Below, piece after piece: positions 53,484-64,000 of a stretch of DNA of 64,000 nt (the stretch's first letter is position 1; each line of letters starts with the position of its first letter). The notes beneath the pieces are model-generated. The model worked only from the letters and a program-made list of their open reading frames with translations, was not told the origin of the DNA and ran no database searches. The translations under genes were made by a program, and so were the position numbers. The stretch is from Tubiluchus corallicola. Taxonomy: Eukaryota > Animalia > Priapulida. Location: positions 223,804-287,803 of the forward strand of contig JAQGDQ010000299.1 of the NCBI GenBank assembly GCA_030141605.1, given 5' to 3'.

Positions 53484-53790
53484 TATATATGCCTACTACA
53501 TCCACCGCTGAACGGGCTATCTATCCACAGCCAGCACCAACCTCGGCCCGTTCCCGTTCCCGTTCCCGGTCTCCAGATCTCAGACGTATAACTTTTGCAA
53601 AAAACGGCCGAAAAATGGCCATTTTGGAAGTTTTTCGCCTCCCGTTCCTCCCGGTGGACCCGATTCGAAAAATAAACCCCCAATGGCACGACACTAGATC
53701 GAGACCTTTCGTTTGATATATAGATCGCTGCAAATGGTGCCGTCGTCCGAGCTGTAGCCTCGAATCTTATATATATATATATATATATAC
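53484..53790 (-). mobile_element. Helitron/Helentron-like non-autonomous fragment
   Basis: GC-rich block bounded by TA runs, with (cccgtt)n, ataacttttgc and gacctttcgtttgatatatag motifs that resemble DINE-1/HINE-like elements as I recall them. Orientation is uncertain. Confidence 0.45.
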
Positions 53791-54709
53791 CAGTAGAATT
53801 AAAATATACGATTCATCTGTCTGCACCATGTGTTTACACAGTATCGTGTTGATTTCAAAAACTCACACTCCTACTCTGCTCGAGGCTCGTTCGTGTAATT
53901 TTCAAACGCTACTTTTATTATCGCAATGTAGCTGTTATCATGTATATAGTTAAACATTTTTGTGACACAAATCAGCCAAATTAAAGATTTATTGAGTTGA
54001 AAATTGAATTGAAATACGTAATAATTAGTGTAAACTCCTCAATCTTGTCAATTGTTTCAAAGTTAGATACAGTTTACAGACATCTGTGAGCCAAAGGTTC
54101 AACTGCTTTAGCACTGACGTCACAAAATACCAGAAAATTGTGCATATTCAGAATTCATGTGTATGGAATCTCCTCTGAAGTACAATTACAATTACTTATG
54201 CTTACAAAAGCATAAGAGTTTCTCCAAATTCGTGTCCTAATGCACATGATTTTTGAAGAATGTTAGTTCCAGTTTTTGGTGATTTGACAAAGTTTCTGTA
54301 ATTTGACGAGCAATATAATCAAATATTGCATTAACTTCTGACTGGCCGTCTTTTACTCATCCCCCCCTCCCCCTCCCCCGCCGAAAGCTGGAAATGTAAA
54401 CTACAGTTGCAAAACATGTGTAGTATTGTGTACCTTTATTTTTATATTTGTGTATATCTTATTTTTTATGTGTATAGTTATCTTTATCGTCTTTATTTTT
54501 CTTGCATTTATGTCTGTTCCTCTCGCTGTTTTGGCTTTGTTTTCGTTTTTATCTTTTTTATTCTTATGTTTACTTTCATCTTCATTTTGTCTTTAATTCC
54601 ATGTCTACATCAGACTCAATCTCATTTTAATTTGCTCTCCAAAATATACATTTCCTTGCCTATAAAAGCCAGCAATTGTTTTTTATTTTTCAATAATTAG
54701 CTTGGAAAG

Positions 54710-55145
54710 TTAATTAACACAACCGAACACAGCTATCGCTTACGTCACAAACTAACCACACACAGTTTGTGCAATGGCAGAAATCTTTCCCGCATGTCAA
54801 GGACGTTTGTGTAAGCATATGTTGGTATAAGATGCTGATGTGATGTCAAGAAAATGAGTTCTTCATCACACTGACGTCAGAAACTAACACAGCAGTTCAT
54901 GATCATGCTTATCATTGTACCGCGTCTATTTTTCGGCCACGCGAATGTGACAAAAATACTCCATTACCAGTCTTAGTGGATTCGCTGAGCCTCGCGTAGC
55001 TTTGAAAGTTTAACCAAATTTAACTATCCGAGGTAATTATCATTTAACTTAAACTTTGATTCAAAAGAACTGTTGTAGTTTTCAGTATTTTAAAGCATGC
55101 TTTGCTTTGAATTAATGTTTTCACAATCGTCCGGTTTCCCTTCAA
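54710..55145 (-). mobile_element. Kolobok-like family C, copy 2 (truncated, diverged)
   Basis: ctatcgcttacgtcacaaactaac, ggattcgctga and cacaatcgtccggtttccctt are reverse complements of segments in 33731-34220. Confidence 0.8.
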
Positions 55146-55609
55146 AGAAGGCAAACTGACGCTAATCAATTCAGAGTTTAATCCTATTAAACCTTTTATA
55201 CCTCGTTACCCAGATTTCTTTTAATTCTGAAGCAACTTGAAAGTCACTTCATGCCATACCGACGCGGAACAGAACTAAAAAGGCCCAAAGGGGAAAATAC
55301 AGCAGAATTGTAATTTGGTGGGCGGGTACAGACTCACTGTGAGCACTATAATATTCTAATTTTACGGAAAACTCCCTCTCACTGGCCTAAATCTTTGCGG
55401 TCGCTTTGCAACTTGGTTATTATGTTAGTGGAAGGCGATGAAGGTTTGTTTGTCTTTCTGCCCACATCCCGGAACTTGATCTTAATTCAAAATGTTGTTG
55501 CTACGTGTAACAAGTGTACGCCTACGCCTTGGTAGTGGCCTATACATGTCTGTGATTACAATATTAAAAAAATGGTAGTAATAAAAAATTTACAATTCTG
55601 AGTAACAAA

Positions 55610-55700
55610 ATGATATTAATAATAATGATAATGATGATGATAATGATGATACTGATGATGATAATAATAATAATAATAATAATAGTAGTAGTAGTAGTAC

Positions 55701-55739
<39 letters not shown>

Positions 55740-55793
55740 CAGTTGTTGTAACAATAACAATAGCAATAACAATAACAATAATAATAATAATAA

Positions 55794-55860
<67 letters not shown>

Positions 55861-55867
55861 AGCTACA

Positions 55868-55904
<37 letters not shown>

Positions 55905-55913
55905 TACTACTAC

Positions 55914-55974
<61 letters not shown>

Positions 55975-56015
55975 CATTATTATATGACAATAATAATAAT
56001 AGTAATAATAATAAT
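55610..56015. repeat. Compound trinucleotide microsatellite with mirrored polarity (ATG/ATA/GTA ... CTA/TTA)
   Basis: Directly visible. Confidence 0.97.
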
Positions 56016-56599
56016 GTTTGCAGCACCTGTAATGTTGTTGTTGCTAGTTACAAGGATTCTATGCTTCTGTGATTCTTATCTTCAGTTTTTCCTATAGCCC
56101 CTTGTCCTTGGTCTTTTTGACCACTGGTCATCTTATGTACGTTATGTATCTTTCTGCTGTTATTTTTTACGTTTCTTGATTCACATGGTTATTTCATTTT
56201 ATTGGTCACCCATTTCACATGTTTAAAGAGGCATCAGATTATAATACTTTATCTTCCTCGCCAACAGATAGCGCTCTAAACGCTTTGCAACATGTACTAA
56301 CCTTGCACGAATCTTTACAGCACTACCTGAGTTATTAACAGTAAATTCAACACCTTATTACTGATGGCGTAGTTTTTCTATACATATAAACATATTTTAT
56401 ATTTGCTTATATAAAGTCTAAGGTGAACAGTCTTAAACACTGATTCGTAATCTAGGCTTTTACATACCATTGAAAATTACAAAGGATATATAGAATTAAT
56501 AATAAAGCATTCGATAAATTTTACTTTGGCAAAATACATTGTGCTCTGTAAGCTAGCAAATTTTGAACTAATTAAAATTGCTAAAATACTGAATATTGA

Positions 56600-57460
56600 C
56601 GACAGAATCTTTTGGTCGCGTTAATATAACCTCTGCACTAACTGAAATATGAGAACATTTTGATCGTGGCTTAGTTGTCGATTAACCAGATAGGAGAGTT
56701 GATAATTTATCCTGTGAATTGAGATTATTGAAATTAACCCTTTCATGCCCGTTGTATCCCGTGAGATACGAGAATATTTTCTGCCTTTAAATTAATAAAA
56801 TTTTAAAACTGACAGTCATTTGATCTGTTAATAGTTATTTTAATTTAAGCCAATAACAATAGACTAAAATGGTGATAAAATGGCAAACTAGAAAATCTGC
56901 ATAGCATAAAAAACTGCGCAAGGTACAGCACTTTAGAGACGACTTTGTACAGCTCAGCATAGCATACATACTAAATGTCTTAAATACTTTAAAAAATTAT
57001 CAGCATTTGCAAAATGAAGCACATTTTATGCTTCCATTGAATCCCAATGTATCCCGTGGGATACAGGCTATATTTAGCACACGGGCACAGGTAGAAAAAA
57101 TTATTATGTGTAAACAAGATACTGAACATACTGAACAAAAGTACCAAGCCAAAAATTTTTTTCTTATTAAAAAAATAATTTGGGACTGAGAGGGTTAACA
57201 GCTATGATAAGTAAGCTAGAAGTAAATAAATCGTTAAGTTTTTGATGAAGTTGGCTGATGGAGTTGGCTTCCACTTGCAATATACAAAGGACAAACGAGC
57301 AGAAAATAGTGAACACATTCAGTGTGATATCCACACAAACCATTTTTGCTAACAATATTTTCAGTAGAGTCCTTGCAACAGTGGCTATGTAGCTGATCAT
57401 TAAGTTGTGAAATACCTGTTGGAACAAAACCAATTTTGTTCGAGTCTTGAAATAGTATCA
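56600..57460 (-). mobile_element. CR1-group LINE 3' fragment split by a piggyBac MITE
   Basis: TGISQLNDQLH...CGYHTECVHYFLLVCPLY lies right of the MITE and continues as DKLSTLLSG..LSHDQNVLIFQLVQ.YINATKRF (frameshifted) left of it. Confidence 0.75.
56738..57194 (+). mobile_element. piggyBac-type MITE, copy 2
   Basis: Termini TTAA-ccctttca and tgagaggg-TTAA; internal palindromes tgtatcccgtgagatac (~56754) and tgtatcccgtgggataca (~57048). Confidence 0.92.
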
Positions 57461-58764
57461 TCGCTTAATCGTCTTCGAATCTTGACGACTTTGAGTTTAC
57501 GGAGCGATTATTATTTTAAAATGTATTTTATCGCCACTTTAAACATCATCGTTTTGTGCAATGTTGCGTAAGCTCTTCAAAAGAGGCGACCAGAGACGTT
57601 TAAACTCGGACAACTTTACAACATCAAGTCAGATATTATCGTTCTAATCAAATTTTGCTTATCCAAACATTGCCCAGTGGGCCATTAAATTTACCAGGAA
57701 GTTGACATGGAATCGGTATTTTTTAGATGTATGAAATAGTTCAGATAGTCCTATTAGCCGTGAAAAGGCAACATCAAGTTTAACCTACAGAACTCTCAAT
57801 TTCTTACAAGCGCGGTTAACCCTTTGACGCCTCTAGGCAAAATGGTTCCTCCCAAATTTTATGACTTTTAATGACGCTATAATGGACTTCGAGCGGCCAA
57901 CCCAATTTAGGATGTGTAAAATGACTCTCACACCCTTGGTAGCTATAATAGTCAATGTCATTGATACTTCAGAAACTAAACCTAGATGACAATGGAATCA
58001 TCGTCTTTTGTGCTCCTGAAAACTGATTTTAAAACTGTGTGAACGAACCTTTATGACCAAATCTCGATAACCCAATTGCATGTTTCAAGCTGCAAAGAGT
58101 GTGATTTAATTTACTATCAGAAGTTAAATTAATTAATGTCACAAACTAACATAATTTCACAACTTGTCTATGTAACAATCTCTATAATCCATCTCGATTG
58201 CAAATTATGGTCCATATAATTTAGTATATTATAATAAATGTGAATAAAGTTGTTAGCTGCACTATAATTAGATGAAGTATAAATGGACTTTAAACAGCTA
58301 TATTTTCTAGCAGAAAATTGCGTTACCTTTATGAGATTGCTACTTAATATTATGAGAAAAGCTTATTTTTAATTTTAATTTCAAGAACATGTAACTACTA
58401 TAAATTTATTTTATAAATCAAACTTAATCAGAATGGATGAAAAAGACGAGCTATGGCTAGATTTGAACCGGGATACGTTGAGGTATGAGCCCAACAGTTT
58501 GGGTTGCATAATCCCTTGGGATCAACACAGTGTTTGGTACAATATCTTAACACATTACAAATCCAACAATTTCAAGTTGGAAATTTGATTCATAACACTT
58601 TATTCATACTACATTAATTTTTAACAAATTCGATTGATTTCTTTTTTATTTTATAACAACCTACGGTAATCAATCAATTATTCTTATCATCATTTGAAAG
58701 TTATCAATTAATGGGCGCTTTCAGGGCTACTTTTAAAATGGTTCAATTAGACTAAGTGTAAAGT

Positions 58765-58766
58765 GT

Positions 58767-58842
<76 letters not shown>

Positions 58843-58916
58843 GCTACTGCTACTGCTACTGCTACTGCTACTGCTACTGCTACTGCTACTGCTGCTGCTA
58901 CTGCTGCTGCTGCTGC

Positions 58917-58951
<35 letters not shown>

Positions 58952-58965
58952 TTGCTGTTGCTGCT
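58765..58965. repeat. (CTA)n/(CTG)n/(TTG)n microsatellite
   Basis: Directly visible. Confidence 0.97.
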
Positions 58966-59672
58966 TTGGTTAGACAAATGATCGCGTGACCTCAACATTG
59001 GTTTCTGATTGGCTAAATGAGATTGAACTAAAGTTTGGCTGGATGATCGATATCATTATTTGGGACACAAAGTGACACTGAGAAGTTTGTGTTGAAATAA
59101 ATACGTAAAAATTACATCAGCTATGATGTTTAGTATGATTTAATCTATTTAATATATTTACTCTATAGCAAAACACAATTGTACAGATATATTTCTTCGT
59201 ATTTCGTGTTAAAATAAGACTGTAGTTATTGTTTTCAATGCAGCTCTTGTACAGTAGACCTAAGTATTAAACTTAAGCGTGCTCGGGCGAAGTTTTTTCA
59301 AGCTTTAAGCAACAGAATGCAAAAATAGGTTCAAGCCCTTACCTACTTACAGCATTGCAAGTGAAACCGCTAGACTGTAATTTGAACATGTGAACCAATT
59401 AAGCAATTATTACGTCAATGTAATTATTGCTAATTGGACTGCAGGATAATCGTCTTGTACTCTAATTTGTTAGTGAGTTGACAAGATTGTTGAAAATGTC
59501 GCAATGCCGCGGTGTAATCATCTTGTCCAACTTACCCCTAACTAGTATTTCAGCTAAACGTTTTAGTGAACGATTAAGAGCAGGTCACCCCGAAATGACA
59601 TTCAGACCCAAATATTTGCTCCATGGACAGTCGGTAAAATGGATTTTTTTAGCCTGAACTGCAATTTTGTCA

Positions 59673-59678
<6 letters not shown>

Positions 59679-59716
<38 letters not shown>

Positions 59717-59767
59717 CGTGTGTGCGTGTGTGCGTGCGTGTGTGCGTGTGCGCCTGTGCGCGTGTGC

Positions 59768-59828
<61 letters not shown>

Positions 59829-59835
59829 TGTGTGC

Positions 59836-59882
<47 letters not shown>

Positions 59883-60138
59883 CGTGCGTGTGTGTGTGCG
59901 TGTGTGTGTGTGTGTGCGTGGGCGTGTGCGTGCGTGCGTGTTTGTGTGTGTGTGTGTGTGTGCGCGCGCGCGCGTTTGTGTGTGTGCGTGCGTGCGTGCG
60001 TGTGTGCGTGTGCGTGTGTGCGTGTGTGCGTGTGTGCGTGTGTGCGTGTGTGTGTGTTTGCATGTGTATGTGCGTGTGCGTGTGTGTATGCGTGTGCGTG
60101 CGTGCGTGTGTGCGTGCGTGTGCGTGTGTGTGCGCGCG
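59679..60138. repeat. (TG)n/(TGCG)n alternating purine-pyrimidine tract
   Basis: Directly visible; ~460 bp with Z-DNA-prone composition. Confidence 0.98.
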
Positions 60139-60239
60139 AAACATGTTTTTGATCGTAACGATTTATTTTTGTTTAGACTAACTTTTGTTGAATGTGTGCT
60201 TTATCCTGGCTTGAGACTGTACGACATTTTGCCTGTATG

Positions 60240-61165
60240 TACGGGGTGCAGCAGAAAAAAATGCGCTGAAGCTTACACTAGTATAATATCAGAACCAAGT
60301 TTCTTATAAATTTCATAGGGTGATATTGCAATTCACTAAAAGACAAGAAAAGGGGTACCTGAAGTAGGTTTCAGAAAAATCGCCTTGAAAATTATATTAT
60401 TTTACATCAATTTTATGCGTATATCGTACTTGCGTTAAAAGGCATTTTTGTTTTAAATCTCCGGCAATACTGTTCCGACGGCGCCATTGCATGAGGTCAC
60501 CTACGCAAAGGGCAAACGTAAATCAGGGGAAGAAATCGTAAAATTAAATTAAATACCAAAAAACTTTCCATGCAATCTATATTACCTAGCATTTTGCTTA
60601 CCTGCTTCAAAGCCTTATGTAACTAGAAATAATAATTTAAAATGTTTGTGACAATTGGTAAAATGTCGCATCTAAACTTGTTTCAAATAACTTATCATCA
60701 AAATGGCTGCGTCTAACGGTCATCGCGGGAGTTTAAATTTACACGTTTTATACAGCGCTACTTCCGACGCAAGCCCTGCATGCAAAAAGGCAGTATGTAA
60801 GTGGTATAAAATTTCAAGACGAATTTTTTTAAGCTTTATGTAAGTGGATAGTTTTCTTGCGCTTTAAATACTAGCTTTTGGCTGCACAAGCAAAAAGTTT
60901 GGAGTTTTAGTGGTTTTAAGTTACCACTGAAAAACTTTTGCTTATAAAAAACTAAAATCTTCAATTAAAAACAGCCACGTTGACATATAAAGTACTTGCC
61001 AGCAAAACAATAAAAATCAAACAACAGGTTAATTCATGGTCTTCAGCCCAAAAGTTAAAACACTGTTAAAAATTTATCAATAAAACTGGGACTCAAGCAA
61101 ATTCGTTATTTTGTTCTTATAATGTTGTGACCAAGACTTCGGCACATTTTTTGCGCCACCTGATA
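60240..61165. mobile_element. Tc1/mariner-like non-autonomous element
   Basis: Imperfect TIRs tacggggtgcagcagaaaaaaatgcgctgaag vs cttcggcacattttttgcgccacctgata. The internal segment 60670-60840 has an inverted homolog at ~13275-13395. Confidence 0.65.
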
Positions 61166-61261
61166 TAATATATATTATATATGCTTGCCTATCGAGGCTT
61201 TCGTAATGCATTGCGAATAATTATTGCCAAGTTATACAATTCTTTTCGCATTAGCACAGCC

Positions 61262-61878
61262 TTAAAGCAATACGGGACCCAATACTAAAATATAGATCAA
61301 AACCATCTACTCTTTAAAATATTGAAAGAAACATACTACTTTTTTTACCTAATGACTTACATGAAAGAATTATTAGCACACAAACACAATTTTTACGTTC
61401 GCACTACTAGTTCTTTGCTGTTATGTATATTTGGGCATTCGCTAGTTAGACTGGCACTGGCACCTGCATTTCGGAAACACATTGCACAAAAAACAAAGCG
61501 CTGTACCTCTCAGTTCAGGTATGCTAGTTTGTGACGAACTACACAAGTTCGATAGCTCATGATGAGCACGGTAAATTTGAAATTTGAATTTTTATCTTAA
61601 AGCTTGTCTAGTTTTAGTACAACACACAATATTTTACAGTAGCACTGTACTTTAATTTTCGCTTTTGCAAACACGCGCAACACGCTCGTGGAATATTTTT
61701 GCTGTTGAAAATTATGTTAGTTTGTGATGTCATCAATAGTTGGGCTCGCCCGCCGTTAATTACGACTATTATTTAAATATTAGAAATGCTTTTGCAGTAT
61801 TAATTGTGTTAAAATGTATACTTTTTATCGGACTTGAAAATGGGGTAGTGCATGAAACATCACCCTGTCTTCCTTTAA
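61262..61878 (-). mobile_element. Kolobok-like family A, copy 3 (inverted)
   Basis: Reverse complement of 4110-4714 with TTAA at both ends; an extra terminal fragment of the same family follows at ~61884-62016. Confidence 0.88.
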
Positions 61879-62364
61879 ACTTAGGCTCGTCTGTCGTTAA
61901 TTAAGTTTTTAATCTATTATTTTAATTACCAGAAATGCTTTCGCGTTATTATACGTGTTAATATGTATATTTTTATCGTTCTTCAAAACTGGATATGAGA
62001 AATTGTTTTCTTTTAATGTATTGTATATTGGTACACTGCACTATAAACTTGAATAGACACTGTCACTGTTTCTGCTATGCTAGCAATGTAACTCACTAAA
62101 CTCCAGTGCGACATGAATACAGGTTAATCAGCTTTCTGCCCAGGTAAAGAGGATTGACTTCAATTTTAAGTTTTTACCAGCGCTATCAAAATACGATCAC
62201 ACTGACGAGGTCAGTGTCAGCGCTACGCGTTGACTGCAGATGTGCGTACGTGAATGCGTGAACGTGTTTTGTTATTGCGGGATTTGTACGATCAGGGTCT
62301 GTTCACACAAGTCCGGTAACGGCAGGACTCGTCGAGCAAATGATCGTCTTTAAGTGCGAAGTAC

Positions 62365-62710
62365 AGTAGAATAGAATAACGCTGAATAAAACAGAAAAGG
62401 GCAGAGCAAAAGAACAGAACAGACTGGAACGGAACGGGTAGGAGGTGACAGCATGGGATGGAATACGATGTGACAGGACAGGGCAAGCCCTGAGAGGACA
62501 GAAGAGGTCAATTAAACAGAACAAAATAGAACACAGCATTGAACAAAACACCGAATAGAACAGAGCGAAACAGAATGAAAAGCAACAGAATAAAACAGAG
62601 CATAACGCCAAAACACACAATACAGAACAGAATGGCATGGAACAAAACAGAACAGAACAGAGCAGAGCAGAACAGAACAGAACAGAACAGAACAGAGCAG
62701 AACAAAGCAG
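62365..62710. repeat. Degenerate (AGAAC)n pentamer tract
   Basis: Directly visible. Confidence 0.85.
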
Positions 62711-62729
62711 ATTTGCTTTCCCACTGACA

Positions 62730-63015
62730 AAAACGTAACTGTTTAGCTTAACTGCGTACGCCACTATTTAGCGTAACTGCGAACGCTACTGTTTAACGCA
62801 ACTGCGTACGCCACTGTTTAACGAAACTGCGTACGCCACTGTGTAACGTAACTGCGTACGCCACTCTATAGCGTAACTATGTACACCACTATTTAGCTTA
62901 ACTGCATGCACCACTGTTTAGCGTAACTGCGCACGCCACTGTTTAGCTTAACTACATGCACCACTGTTTAGCGTAACTGCATGCGTAACTGTTTACCGTA
63001 ATTGCCTACGCCACC
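62730..63015. repeat. 25-bp minisatellite, ~11 copies
   Basis: Unit ccactgtttagcgtaactgcgtacg; actgc starts recur at 62751, 62776 and 62801. Confidence 0.92.
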
Positions 63016-63649
63016 GCGTACTACCGCGTAGTACTTTATTGTGAACCTAATGGCTTGAATTATATTGATAACAAAGCTGTATATTTTCATGTTCTAGAAT
63101 CTAGATGTATGTAACAACGGTTCAGTCTTATCTTATAATAACGGTCGTTCAGCTGATGCGCAGAAGTCACGCGCATCTGTAGGTCCTATAAGGTGATAAC
63201 ATTGTTCAAGCATAAAATCGCTATTGTAGAATTATCTCTCTAATGCTCTTTCTACGATATTGATACTTAAAACAGGTGGCGTCTGTCACCTGATTAGAAG
63301 ACACTTGAGTCTGCCAACAAAAATTATAACAAACGGTTTTGTCTCATAGAAAAACTGGTAACAGTTTTTTCGGTCGCGATAGAGTTGCCATAGCCGTCAC
63401 CTGCTTCGTTATAACTGCTCTTTCGATGGAGTTTTGTTTAACGGTCTTTGCATGGGTGGAATATGATATAGTGACATGGATGTGATAGACTTTGTGATAA
63501 TGGGTGATGAATTGAACTAGCTTTTATTAAATTTTTGAATCCAAACGCGTTTTTCACTTATTTTTCCCTTCGAAAAAGGTTTGATTCACAAATGTAAGCA
63601 GATTAACATCCATCTTAAATAATATTAAAATTTATAAATAAATGATATT

Positions 63650-64000
<351 letters not shown>

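Noticed and set aside
52018-63600. Downstream exons of the large-exon gene
   Set aside because: No segment with convincing acceptor, phase-compatible frame and donor was found by eye; small exons could have been missed.

Overview
AT-rich, microsatellite-dense eukaryotic DNA, most likely from an invertebrate animal; the taxon cannot be fixed from this window. Nothing prokaryotic and no CRISPR array was seen. One real protein-coding unit is evident: a 2.7-kb first coding exon (ATG 49138 to splice donor after 51823). It encodes about 895 aa of largely disordered sequence with PP1/PP2A/SH3-type docking motifs and a 3 x 44-aa repeat; the gene family is not recognisable and its remaining exons were not found. 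The rest is intergenic or intronic and rich in non-autonomous mobile elements: TTAA-flanked Kolobok-like and piggyBac MITEs, hAT MITEs with 8-bp TSDs, a Tc1-like MITE, two long inverted repeats, CR1/L2 fragments and a tRNA-headed SINE. The most interesting part is a set of three short, TSD-flanked RTE-type retroposons with different 5' heads. (i) A ~500-bp element begins exactly at the cleavage site of a twister ribozyme (39642-40140, minus strand). (ii) A ~360-bp SINE has a 5S rRNA head (4846-5205, minus strand). (iii) A 240-bp, highly structured GC-rich element has no Pol III head (22263-22502, minus strand). Most ORFs in the supplied track are microsatellite artefacts. All calls were made by eye; no database search or RNA folding was run.
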